Source: Eledone cirrhosa (taxonomy: Eukaryota). Taken from it: a DNA stretch of 64,000 nt. Within the stretch, counting starts at the first letter, position 1. The number at the start of each line of letters is the position of its first letter. Below, in pieces: positions 11,590 to 28,007 of the stretch. The stretch spans positions 41,230,001 to 41,294,000 of the forward strand of contig OZ024747.1 of NCBI GenBank assembly GCA_964016885.1. Direction: 5' to 3'. The notes below the pieces were generated by a model, which was not told the origin of the DNA, did no database searches, and saw only the letters and a list, made by a program, of their open reading frames with translations. The position numbers and the translations under genes were made by a program.

Positions 11590-12780
11590 ATAAAATTTCA
11601 AGTTATCAATAATGTAGTGATAATATATCGTCACGTTAGAGATAAACAGCGTATGTGTAGGTTTGCTCAACGAGTATAAATTATATTCCGGAGAAAATGT
11701 AGAAAAGATGAATATAAAATGAAAGTGCTTTTATAAAGGAATTTATTAGGTATTGACATATGTTTCTGTAACAGACGGAATACCTATGTATCGCTGCTTG
11801 CGTAATCATATAATGTTAACAAGTATTCGATAGCAAATGTATAATCAGTTGTCACTTCTTCAGAGATATTGGATAAATTGGAAAAAATCAGAAAAATTGA
11901 AGTATTTATATTAGTTGTAAGAAAGGAAGAAGAGAGGGGATAGTATATGACAGATGGCAATTCAATTTGCTGGTAAACAAGTATATAGAAGGTTTTTAAT
12001 GAGAATACAATGAGTATATGGCTTATTTTATCTAAATAAGAATTTTTGGGAGTGCCTATTTTAATCTATATTTGACCAATTGAACAATGGACAGGGCTGG
12101 TCGTTTGGTGTAGTAGTATTAACACAGATATAAAGTGTCAAGTAAGGAAGAGAGAGATTTTCACTGCTACTGTATAGCAACAATGCTGGTAGCCTGCTGG
12201 TATATGCATTAGGGAATTGAATTAAGAAATCTCGTTTTATTTATAGCAGTGTATATTAAATGGTAAAGAATAGAAGAGTTGATAGAATTAAGACTAATAG
12301 AGGATGTTAATATGTATTTTGACAATCAAACGGAGATGGAGACAGGCGTTCAATCCTGGTAGCGTTTGTAATATGAAAATGTAGATTTCAAGCGATGGTT
12401 ACAGTATAACGATCGCTCTATTCTGTTATTTAATAAAATATTTTTAGATTTCATAATACAAAATAATTCCATATTACACAATTTACAAAATTCCTGTCCT
12501 TGGTATATGCAGAGGCAGACTATTATATCCCATCTTAGGTTAAATTGTTGGTTATTTTCGCGCAGCTGCCAAGCCTTGTCTGCGAGTATTGTTACATAAC
12601 GCTGGTTTTCATGTTTTCTGAAGAAGTGACAACTCATTATACATTTGCTATCGAATACTTGCTAACATATATGATTATGCAAGCAGCAATACATAGGTAT
12701 TCCTCTGTTACAGAAAAAATGTCAATTACCTAATAAATTCCTTTATAAAAGCACTTTCATTTTATATTTATCTTTTCTAC
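11590..12780 (-). mobile_element. PLE 3' fragment with inverted terminal-repeat copy
   Basis: Minus ORF remnant LADKAWQLRE...CKLCNME...YCNH (12350-12612); 12617-12780 inverts ~11697-11864. Confidence 0.85.
11750..11868 (-). ncRNA. Hammerhead motif with ~90-nt stem II
   Basis: CTGAAGA-AGTGACA...TGTTACA-GAA-ACATATGT-C; palindromic stem III, GUC triplet; stem I weak; damaged inverted copy at 12618-12723. Confidence 0.55.
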
Positions 12781-16724
<3,944 letters not shown>

Positions 16725-16746
16725 ATGTATATCTATATATATATAT

Positions 16747-16830
<84 letters not shown>

Positions 16831-17057
16831 ATATACAAGGGATAACAAAATGTCGTTTAGGTAATCCACATAGAGGTTGTGAATACTTATTATTATGGAT
16901 AGTTTTAGCGTACGGCGTTGTTTGACTCACCAAGAGGTTTACATAGATGACGAGTTTATGATTTAACTTCTATTCCTACGTAAGTTTTATCTTGGAGTAA
17001 TAAAATTGAAAAAGTGAAGAATAACATGGTCAACAGTACAAAAAAGGGGATTTATTT

Positions 17058-17169
17058 ACAGTCTAACAATTGTTTCTCTGATTGAGTTGTCTAAAAATTG
17101 CTGAATACTAGAAACAGTGCCACTCAATTTTAAATACGATGCTAGCTCAATCATATCATCAGAAACTGT
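17058..17169 (-). ncRNA. Type I hammerhead motif with 79-nt stem II
   Basis: ACAGTTT-CTGATGA-TATGATTGAG...CTCAATCAGA-GAA-ACAATTGT-T-AGACTGT; 7-bp stem I, palindromic stem III. Confidence 0.78.
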
Positions 17170-17226
17170 TATAAAAAATATATAACCGGCAAATCTACAA
17201 ATTCAAATTACAGCATCAATAATAAT

Positions 17227-17405
17227 TGTTTCTACTTTAGGCACAAGGCCAGCAATTACCCAGTGCATTACTGGTACTTTATTTTATCGACCCCGTAAGG
17301 ATGAAAGGCAAAGTCAACCTCGCAGGATTTGAACTCAGATCGTAAAGGGACGTAACTATGCTGGAAAGCATGGCGTCCGACCCTCTATGGATACTGCCAA
17401 TCCAC
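17227..17405 (-). mobile_element. tRNA-derived SINE with 16-bp TSD
   Basis: A/B-box-like head; TSD CAGCATCAATAATAAT at 17211-17226 and 17406-17421. Confidence 0.9.
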
Positions 17406-19648
17406 CAGCATCAATAATAATATTAGTAATAAAGATAGAGAGAGAAAAAAAGAAAGAAAGGGAGATAGATAAAGGAAAGAAGGAAAGAAAAAGGAAAAAG
17501 AAAAAGAAGAAGAAAAAGACAAAGAAAAAGGTGAAATGAAAACAGAGAAAGAAATAGAGAGAGAAAAAGATGTAGAGAAAGGAGGACAGAAAGTGGAGAG
17601 AAAAGGATAGAGGAGAATTGACGTAAGAGAAAAAGAAAAATAGAGGGAAAATAATGATATCAACAATAAATGAATAAATGTTAATACATGAATAAATGTA
17701 AATACATGAATAAATGTAAATAAATAAATGAATAAATAAACAAATTATATAGAGTATGTTAAAAATTATACAAAATATGAAATATGAAAATATGAAAATA
17801 TGAAAATAAATAAGTAAAAATGTGCGAAGAAATTTAAACATAAAGATTATTGAAAGTGGTTAAAATATAGAGAGATGCGAAGGTATAAATATGATAATGT
17901 TAAATATATTTATGTGTATTGGTTATTTTAATAAATTAACTATATAATTAATTAATTATTTTATTAATTAGTTGTATGTTATATTAGAAGTGAAAATGAT
18001 ATGATAAGATAGAATACTAGGGATGAAATAAATTTAGGGAGAGAAATAGAGATAGAAAGATAGAGCTACATAAAATATGAATGTAAATATAAGAGGTTTT
18101 GATGTTGGTACATTGATAGATGATGACAATTATAACAATAATGATGATGATGTGATATTATAATAGATCTAAGTGGTACAATTTGGGTTATGGAATAGAT
18201 AAGATGAATTAAGCTGGTCTAAAGTTCTCAAATTTGGTCGCCGTTTTATGCCTACAGTAGTTAGTTCTTTCAATTTTACTGTTAAGTAGCATTTTGTTGT
18301 AATTTAAAATTTGGAAAAGTTCCATATTACAAAGACCACAGTGGGACATGCCAATTCGATAGGCCGTTGCTGCTGATAGCTTCATCCAGCTGATTTTATA
18401 TTCCATGTTTGCATCTCTGAGTTGCCAGATTTTATTGGCGAGAGTTGTTGTATTTATGAGCTTCCTGGTATTCATAGAGTGTCTGTGGACATACCACCTT
18501 TTCTTAAATTCTCCAGCTGTAGATCCTATGTAGTGCTGCCTGAATTTATAGTACATAGGTATACTATATTAGACTCTAGGCACCTATTTTGTAATGGGCA
18601 TTTGTCAGGTAGATGACAGTTACATTTAGATGCCTTCCTATGTGCCGGTTCTTCCATATAGTTTTGTAAATTGTTATGTATGGGCTGAGAATTGGGTTTG
18701 TTGATGTATTGTGGTGATGTGCTCTGACGTGTGTTTGGTTGTGACGATGTTATATGTTTATGTTTTGTATTTGGTGTTATGGTACTTATTTGCGCGATAC
18801 TTGTATTATAAATTCTTTTATAGTTAATTTTATGTATGTGCGGTTCTATGTTGTTGGCAGTGGAGTATGATAGTTTGATAGTTTTTCTATTAAAGATTTT
18901 ATGATATTTATGAATTTTAGGGAAGTGTTTGTCAACTAATTTGAAGAAAGTATAAGGTAGTTTTGTTTTTATAGTTAAACACTGGATTGAACCATAATTA
19001 CTTTCTATCTCTGCATCTTCTATAGTTATTAGTGGTATTTCTATTAGTATTATGTTCAATTAATTCACGTGCTTGTTGCCAATTTCTAAGTTTAGTCCTA
19101 GATTTGTTGCTTCTATAGGTGTGGATAGTGTTATTTCTATTAAGTGTTTTGTTTTTGTATTTGGTATGTATTTGAGTCTCTCTTTATGGGCTGCCTTAAG
19201 TAAAGCTATGTTGTAGTAGTTAGCGTGTTCGTTAAAAATCTCTAGATTAGAAGATAGGCGTAAGATTCTAATGGATATACTATGCGCTATGTAATTAATT
19301 ATGGATCGAGGGTGAGTAGAGTTATAATTAATGTAAACTAAATTTTCAGTATTTTTATGGAAGGGTTCTAATAGTCCTGTGTTTAGGTTGAGCGATACAT
19401 CTAAGAAGTTAGCTTTTTTAGAATTGAGTCCAAAAGGGATGTTAAGGCCTAATTTATTAAAGAATTTTCTAATCTTTTTCCGTAATTTTTCTAAGTTTTG
19501 ATTATTTAGGGTTTTAGCTAAATGCAGTGTTTCGTCTCTATAAATTCTTCATAAATTCCTAATAATATATATATATATATGTATACATATACATATATAT
19601 ACATATACATATATACATATACATATATTTATACACATATATATATAC

Positions 19649-19722
<74 letters not shown>

Positions 19723-19856
19723 TGTGTTGGCATGTACATATGTATATATATATACATATACATATTGTGTTGGCATATTGTTTTGGCATATACATATACA
19801 TATTTATACATGTATAGATTACACAAGTATCAAAGTTATGATTAAAACATTTAATC

Positions 19857-19901
19857 GCTGACAATTGTTTCTTCCAAACTTAAGATTGGAGTCTTCGGAG
19901 C
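19857..19901 (-). ncRNA. Minimal hammerhead motif, U4C core variant
   Basis: GCT-CCGAAGA-CTCCAA...TTGGAA-GAA-ACAATTGT-C-AGC. Confidence 0.6.
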
Positions 19902-20384
19902 ATTATCAATGTTTGTACATATAATTAACCTCCTATTCAACTGAAGAATCATACAGATACATATATATTGATGTTGTGGACAACAGTTTCATGTTTATAG
20001 GGTGGAATGGATGCGACATATATTATACGAGAATTGTACAATAATTCAAATTAAGATTAAAATTAAAATTAAAAACTAAAAATTAAAATTAAAATTAAAA
20101 GCACAGGGTGGAATACGTGCGACAGATAATTGTTTCTACTTTTGGCACAAAACCAGCAATTACCCAGTGCATTACTGGTACTTTATTTTATCGACCCCGT
20201 AAGGATGAAAGGCAAAGTTAACCTCTACAAGAGAATAGTCTAATAATTAAAGAGATAGTACATGCGTTAGTCATATATAAAGGAATGGAACAGGCAAATG
20301 TATTATGCATATATGAGTACTGTATGTATCTGTATGATTCTTAAGTTGAATAGGAGGTTAATTATATGTACAAACATTGCTAAT

Positions 20385-20429
20385 GCTCCGAGGACTCCAA
20401 GCTTAAGTTTGGAAGAAACAATTGTCAGC
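20385..20429 (+). ncRNA. Minimal hammerhead motif, U4C core variant (inverted partner)
   Basis: GCT-CCGAGGA-CTCCAAGCTTAAGTTTGGAA-GAA-ACAATTGT-C-AGC. Confidence 0.6.
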
Positions 20430-21009
20430 GATTAAATGTTTTAAACATAATTTTGATTCTTGTGTAATCTATATTAGTGCTCTGTAAAACAACTGATGTT
20501 CTTACATTGAGCTATTTCTCTTACTGGTAATAAGGTAGTAATAAATTACTGACCTTCCCTGTTTATAGTTGTTTATAGTATAGTATATACATAACTATAA
20601 ATAGTATCTTTAATATTATATTTATACATGTACATATATATACATATTCATATATCTATATATATATACATACACATATATATACATATTCATATATTTA
20701 TATATATACATATACATATATATAAACATATTCATATACATATATACACATATATATATATATACATATACATATATACATATACATATACATATACATA
20801 TATATATACACATATATACATATATATATATGTATATATATATATACATATATATATACAATATGTTGAAAAGGTAACACACTAGAGAGAGATACAGTGC
20901 ACCATCAATAAAACAGGGAAAAACGACCAGTGTACGGAATATATAACCTATGAAAGGCAGAATATAGACACGATAATTAAAAATATAAAGCGTAAATAAA
21001 TATATATAT

Positions 21010-21062
<53 letters not shown>

Positions 21063-21141
21063 CAAATGATTCTATGGACATACTTTATAGTATATATATA
21101 TATATATGTGTATATGTATATGTATATGTAAATATATATAT

Positions 21142-21222
<81 letters not shown>

Positions 21223-21225
<3 letters not shown>

Positions 21226-21502
21226 CGGGTAAAATTCCCGAGATCCATGGACGAGCTCTCTCCAGCGGTCTCTGTCCCTCATTATCGCTGCCATGTCCTG
21301 CATCTCCAACAGACCAGTGTCTGTCCTTAGGGCATCAACATACGTTAACCTTGGTCTTCCTCTTCTAGTGTGTCCATGTAGGGGCTCCCAAAGGAGTACT
21401 GAGCTGTATGGGATCATCCCAACAGTCAGCTCAAAGGTGACACAGTGGAGACTGAGGTTGGCTGGACATGCTCGCCGACATCCAGAGTTGACATTGCACT
21501 CA
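21223..21502 (-). mobile_element. RTE-X-like LINE 3' end with 5' inversion
   Basis: Minus strand [22 protein letters not shown]...DRDRWR; plus strand ELYGIIPTVSSKVTQWRLRLAGHARRHPE; same motifs as 62917-64000. Confidence 0.8.
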
Positions 21503-22187
21503 TATATATATATATATACTATAAAGTATGTCCATAGAATCATTTGATAATATATATACACGATTTCCTCTCCCAATTAGCATAATCAACCACACAAAAA
21601 AAAACAATTAAACCAGGCTATAAGATTAAAAGGCAACTCTGAAGAAATAGTAGATAAATAAACGACAGCAATTTATTCGCGATCAACCGCTATCAACCGC
21701 TATTTACCCAACATTTCAATAGTACGTGGAAATCGATTAAATATACCGTCAACCATACACAATTAGGTATAACATTAAAGTTAGAAGAAAAAATGCATAT
21801 ACACACACCAGTATTACATTTCTACCCTTAGGGTGTCGTTCGCTTTCGGAAATATCCTACCAAGGATAAATTCTCGAGCTTCGAACTCATCAGGAAACAA
21901 ACTCATTTGGACAAAGAATTTTCTACAGTGATCCCCGCCAGAAGCGAATTCAAAATGGCTAAGAACTGTGACGTGGCAGTGGTCAAGTCAGAAAGAATGT
22001 GATTGGTGGCTTACGGCGAGTGGGCTGGTTGCTAGAAAGCGCAGCCCAATAATGCCCAAATTGCATTTCAACCTTATGGGAGATTATCAAATATAAAGAT
22101 TTACATATACACAAACTAGACAAAGTCACAGATATATATGTTTTGGCAACCATTCACGATGTGGCTCAATGATGAATTAATAAATTA

Positions 22188-22286
<99 letters not shown>

Positions 22287-22289
22287 CAC

Positions 22290-22334
<45 letters not shown>

Positions 22335-22338
22335 CACG

Positions 22339-22406
<68 letters not shown>

Positions 22407-22407
22407 G

Positions 22408-22440
<33 letters not shown>

Positions 22441-22443
<3 letters not shown>

Positions 22444-22648
22444 CGAATGAAATGTGGTAAGGAACCAGGTGGACCATAACGCACCAAAGTACTCAATACT
22501 TAGGGTAGTAGAGTGGGTAATAGGAACGAGTAGGACCCCGACGGCTGAGCTCAAGCCGTTTCGACGGCTAATTCTGGACTAAATGCATTTAGTCCAGAAT
22601 TAGCCGTCGAAACGGCTTGAGCTCAGCCGTCGGGGTCCTACTCGTTCC
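22441..22648 (-). mobile_element. PLE terminal fragment with perfect 126-bp palindrome
   Basis: 22523-22648 is a zero-spacer palindrome centred on ATGCAT; contains the 3' half of an HHR. Confidence 0.8.
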
Positions 22649-22784
22649 GATATATATATATATATTATATGTATATATACATATATATATATTATATATA
22701 TATATTATATATATGTATATATATATACATCTATATATATATGTATATATATATATATATTATATATGTATATATACATATATT

Positions 22785-23505
22785 GTTATACTCGGGGAGG
22801 GTCATATTTGTGTAATATTGCCAGAATTAATAACAGATCACACTCACTGTTTGGTTGGTTTTCGCTTCTCGCTGTCTTTTATATCGGTAATCTAACTTAC
22901 TCGGTCCTCAATGTTGCCATTGACTGACCGACGGTCAAAAATAATACAGATACAATATAGACATAAACACATATATATAGTTTATCATAAATCTTTCGTT
23001 GCACATCTGCAACATCGTCAGTGGTGTTATATTTTCCTCCTGTTGTGTTGTATGTCTACGCCATTTTTTTATTCAGTCTGTCTATATATTTATTTATTTA
23101 TTTGCTTGTTTGTTTATTTTATTTTGTCTTCTTTGCGCATGCGTTTGCGTGTGTGTATAGTGTTATGTTTGCTGTGTGGTGGGTGACTAGTGTGTGTTTA
23201 TGTGCTTGTTGTTATTGTGCTTGTGTATGTATTTATTTATCTTATTTTATTTACTTATTTATACTTCTCTTAGGTCAGTGTTGTTTGTTTGGGTGTTGTT
23301 GTTATTCCATTCATTCTTTCTGTTTAGCTTTGGTCTTCTAATTTCTATTTCACTGGCCTCTCTGATTTGCCTATCTGCTGGGTCATTTCTATGTTTAGAT
23401 ATTATTCTAATTTCTATGTTGTCTATGTTATCGTCATCTTGTTGTCTAGCATGTTCGTATAGTACTGACCCGTTTTTTCGTCCTTTATACATATATATAT
23501 ATATA
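22785..23505 (-). mobile_element. PLE 3' end related to 55200-57110
   Basis: Minus ORF remnant SVLYEHARQQ..IEIRIISKHRNDPADRQIREA..RRPKLNRKNEW; HHR at 22984-23025. Confidence 0.75.
22984..23025 (-). ncRNA. Minimal hammerhead motif
   Basis: CTGACGA-T-GTTGCA-GATG-TGCAAC-GAA-AGATTT-A; stem II covaries with GTCACA/TGTGAC in the 33692 and 62384 copies. Confidence 0.6.
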
Positions 23506-23610
23506 CATATATATATATGTGTGTGTGTGTGTGTATGTGTGTGTATATTTATATATATATATATATTAATTCAAATTATTAACAAAAATAGACATTCGTG
23601 TGATGAAGTA

Positions 23611-23677
23611 TATTTTATTATACATATTTCAGAGGTACAGAGCTATCTCTAACAGTACGTCCTCATCAGATAAAATA
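23611..23677 (-). ncRNA. Type I hammerhead motif (family of 5745)
   Basis: TATTTTAT-CTGATGA-GGACGTAC...GTACCTCT-GAA-ATATGTAT-A-ATAAAATA. Confidence 0.72.
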
Positions 23678-23829
23678 AGATGAAGCATGACATACCCTGA
23701 CTAAGTAGATGGTTAAAATTCAGTCATGGCAGTGAGTAAGATATGACAAAACTCAATATTTATATACTTTATAATTGAGACATGAAAAAGTTACATATAA
23801 TACAGAGAAAGCTTATAAAGATACATAAT

Positions 23830-24013
23830 TGTTTCTACTTTAGGCACAAGGCCAGCAATTACCCAGTGCATTACTGGTACTTTATTTTATCTACCCCGTA
23901 AGGATGAAAAGCAAAGTCAACCTCGGCGGGATTTGAACTCAGATCGTAAAGGGACGTAACTATGCTGGAAAGCATGGCGTCCGACCCTCTACCGACACTG
24001 CCAATCCACCGCC
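23830..24013 (-). mobile_element. Full-length tRNA-derived SINE with 14-bp TSD
   Basis: GGCGGTGGATTGGCAGTGTCGG head, GAGTTCAAATCC B-box; TSD TAAAGATACATAAT at 23816-23829 and 24018-24031. Confidence 0.9.
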
Positions 24014-24635
24014 CTTCTAAAGATACATAATAATAAACAACTACTAATATAATACAAACTTACATAACTGTTAGAAATTTAAATAATTTAAATTATTGAA
24101 GAAATTTAAATAATTTAAATTATTGAAAAAATTTAAATAATTTAAATTATTGAAGAAAGAAGAAGTGAAAGACAGAGAGAGAAACAGATAAGGAAAAAGA
24201 GAGTGACTAGAAGTATAGAAATATATTATGCACGAAAGCAAAAGAGAATTGATTAAGGATAGAGAGACGAGGAGAAAATAATTTTTATAGTATAAAATAT
24301 AGGGAGGGAGATTTGTATTGTCATGGATAAATAGCGTATAATTAGATGATGCAAAAATATATATATAAATAAATATATATTTGGGCATAGCTTTGTGAAT
24401 GAATAATTTCGAATCGTTAAATTATCTAGAAATAATCAATCATTCAAAATATCAAATATATCTGGGTGTAGTTATATGACGGTTTATTTTCGAATCCTTA
24501 AGTTAATTAGAAATAGTCTATTATATATATCCCAGCGTATCCGGATGACCGTTAAATTTCGAATCTTTATGTTAGTTCGAAATAGTGAATTAATCTAAAG
24601 GCATAATATTTCAGGCTATAAAATTTATAAGTATT

Positions 24636-25700
24636 TATATTATAGTATACTATCATATTTAAAGTATTTGCAAACATGAGAAAGAAGAGACTTAATATTT
24701 TCTTCATACCGAGGGTAATCCAAATTAAATTATATAAAAAATAATTTTTTTTATATTAAAGAGATTTTATATTAAAAAATAATCATTATATAATTTAGAA
24801 AACAATTACAATTATAAATTTAAAATTTAAAAATTAAAAATTAGAATACCCTTAAGTATCTAAAGGCCATATAAGTATACTTTAAAAGGATATTATTAAA
24901 CTACATATACGTATTTGTCTAAATTTATACAAAGAGTACATTGTTTAAAGTTTAAGACGATATTAGTCAGTTATATATAATATAATAAATATAATTAGTG
25001 TTAATAGTGTTAAAAATAAAGTTTTACGTCAAGTATTATATTTAAAAAATTATTCAACTAGGATCATATAATACATATATACTATAAATATACAAATCAA
25101 ACTTCATGAATCATAAAACACAGATTCAAAATAAATAAATGAATGGTTTTCAATCCTATAAGTGTCAAATATATAAGCTATATAATTTAAAAATACAAGA
25201 CAATTTTTAAGAATCTATATTATAGTATAATATCATATTTAAAGTGTTTGCAAACATGAGAAAGAAAAGACTTAAGATTTTTATCAACCCGAAGGTAATC
25301 CAAATTTAATTATATTAAAAAAGTTAAATTAAAAAATAATCATTATATAATTTAGAAAATAATTAACAATTATAAAACTTAAGTATCCAAAGGCACTTAT
25401 AAATGTATCTAAAAGGATATTATTAAACTAGATATACACATTTGTTTAAATACATACAGAGTATACTGTTTAAAGTTTAAGACGATATTAGTCAATTATA
25501 TACATATAATAAATAATAAATACTATTACTGTTAATAATGTTATAATTGAAGTTTTACATCAAGTTAAGTGGAAAAAGTTTGTCGACTAGGATCGTGTAC
25601 GACACATATACCATAAATATATAAATCAAACTTCTTGAATCTTAAAACAACATATTCAAAATAAATAAATGAATGGTTTACGATTCCGTATAATTGTCAA
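24636..25700. repeat. Diverged tandem duplication, ~580-bp period
   Basis: TATATTATAGTATA.TATCATATTTAAAGT.TTTGCAAACATGAGAAAGAA at 24636 and 25216, with colinear matches to ATTCAAAATAAATAAATGAATGG. Confidence 0.8.
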
Positions 25701-26038
25701 ACTTTAAAAAATACAATAAACCCCGAAAAATTAAATGTATTTAAACAATCAAATGTTAACAGTTTATATGTTTATGTAGAACCCTTAATCCAACATTAAT
25801 CATATCGTAAATAAATAAAAATTATTAGAAGGTTTTATAATCTGTTATAGTATCGTTTTACCCACCCAGTTGATAATAAATGTCAAAATTAAAACTTATC
25901 TATTCAATGTTTTTTCCTGACTTTTTGTGAGGCTTGGAATGTAGAAGAAGCTTTATGTAAGCAATTTGAGAATAATTCACTTTTTTTGTTAATTAAATTG
26001 GCTCCCTCGGTTGAGCACTCTATTGACTTATATTCATC

Positions 26039-28007
26039 ATGCAGAAACAACATCTGAATATTTCTACAAATAACATACCCGTACCAAGCAGGAAAACATA
26101 CCTAAAACTCCTGATACAGAAAACAGACGCGTTCATTAAAAGTTTGCGTTGGCGTGCCTTTTATTTCGATAATCCGCGAAAAGCAGACAACAAACAGGAT
26201 AAATTTGGGTTTAAAACCTATAATAACAGCCTGTGTAACCCAGCATTGCTACCCTTCGAAAATGATGTCTTGGAACTCATACGGAGTATCAAATTTCGGA
26301 ATAGGAGCAATTCCTTCCAGCAGGACCTGAAGAATATAATTCGTTCTATTAAGGATTCTAATGCCGTGCACGTCCATTCCGACAAAACTGGCAACCTATA
26401 TCAAGTGGAGCGCAGTACTTACCATCAACTACTACATAATGCTGTAACTAAGGATTATCGTAAAACTAATCGGTGCGTCATCAATGAAATCAACGATGCT
26501 GGGTTTAAAATCACATCTGATCTCAACATCCTGGACCGGACCGAACCTCTGGACCCTATTTCTCCCCACTTTACCATGAAGGATCACAAATCCAATTTTC
26601 CGAACAACACCTCTATTCGGCTTATTAACCCTACGAAGTCCGATTTAGGTAGACTTAGTAAAACGATTCTTGATAGAATTATACCTGAAATTAGAAGTTT
26701 GGCCCCTCTTGCACTGTGGAACAATTCTTTCGCGGTGATTGATTGGTTCAACGGCATATGTAACAAGGAACATTGCCGTTTTATCCAATTCGACATCAAC
26801 AATTACTACTCCTCCATCACTTTACCACTTCTCCTTAGAGCTATCAATTTCGCTAAAACACTCACAGTGGTTAAGGATTTCGAAGTTGATGTCATCCTCA
26901 ATGCCCGTAAGTCGGTGATTAATTTGGACGACTCTATTTGGATTAAAAATCCAATAGTACCCCATTCGACGTGAGTATGGGCGCCAGCGATTCTGCGGAG
27001 GTTACTGATCTTATCGGCCTTTTCCTTCTTTTCTCTATCAAGGACGAATTCCCCAACGCGGGCGGTGGTTTGCACCGTGATGATGGTCTTTTGACCATGA
27101 CTAAATGCGGACCTCGTGCTTGCGACAGGTTCAGAAAAGAACTCACAGCCTTCTTTAAAGGCTTCAACCTCTCTATACAGGTTTAGGCCAATCTCTCGGT
27201 CGTTAATTACCTCGACGTTACCCTCAATTTATTGAATTGGTTGTATTACCCGTATAGAAAGCCGAATGATACGCTTAATTACATAAGTAAGCATTCCAAC
27301 CACCCTGCCAGCATAACCAAGAACATGGTAAGAAACGTTTCGTTGAGGCTTTCCCGTTTATCTACTAACGAGCATATTTTCAACGACCATTCCACTTATT
27401 ACAATGAAGCTCTTGCTCGGAGTGGATTTGTCGATAAGGTAGCATATACAGAGTACGAAAATAGACCTAGAAGAAATATATCCCGTCGCATTTGTTGGTA
27501 TAACCCACCATATAATATGGAGGTGGCCACACCATTAGCTAAGATCTTTCTTTCCCTTATTACGAAGCATTTTCCCCCTACACATAAATATAGTAAAATG
27601 TTTAATAGAAATACTATTAAAATGTCTTACTCTACGACTCCTAACCTTGCACATAACATCACAGCTTCAAATTTAGCTAAACTACCTAGCTGTAGGAACA
27701 CGTGCAACCCTGTAGTTAGTACTAACTGTAATCGTAAGAATCGGGTTGATTGCCCCCTATCCGGGAAATGCCTCTCTAGTAACATTGTCTACAAATGTAA
27801 GGTTGAAACACCCACGTCCCGTAGGGCCTACATAGGGTTAACCGCCAATAGTTTCAAGCAGCGTCTTTACATGCATACCCATTCTTTTCGTTACTCTCTA
27901 AGAAGGAATATAACGTCACTCTCAGCTTATATCTGGAGTCTAAAAGACAACCACACCCAATATAAGTTACACTGGGAGATCCTAGCTAGGGCTAGATCGT
28001 ATAACGG
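26039..28007 (+). pseudogene. Near-complete PLE ORF (RT + GIY-YIG, Hydra-like), frameshifted and 3'-truncated
   Basis: LRWRAFY, SDKTGNLY, IRLINPTKSDLGRLSK, FIQFDINNYYSSI, MGASDSAEVTDLIGL, LHRDDGL, YLDVTL, WYNPPY, CNRKNRVDCPLSGKC, YIGLTANSFKQRLYMH; frameshift ~26950, stop at 27184. Confidence 0.92.

Larger units (their letters stand above)
16823..19550 (-). mobile_element. 5'-truncated PLE (Hydra-like), decayed, with nested SINE
   Basis: RT motif IYRDE (~19530), FLDVSLNLNTG, KHFPKIHKYHKIFNRKTIKLSYS, CNCHLPDKCPLQNRC, YIGSTAGEFKKRWYVH, CGLC, YCRH. Confidence 0.9.
19805..20620. mobile_element. PLE terminal-repeat fragment with inverted arms and nested SINE piece
   Basis: ~19815-19962 inverts ~20322-20472; SINE fragment at 20127-20225. 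Confidence 0.7.

Noticed and set aside
21850-21900. Minus-strand CTGATGAG...CTCGAGA/GAAA motif
   Set aside because: Requires GAGA in place of GAAA, or lacks stem III in the alternative register; single copy with no covariation evidence.
23940-24013. tRNA gene suggested by A/B boxes
   Set aside because: No cloverleaf; it is the head of a multi-copy SINE with TSDs.
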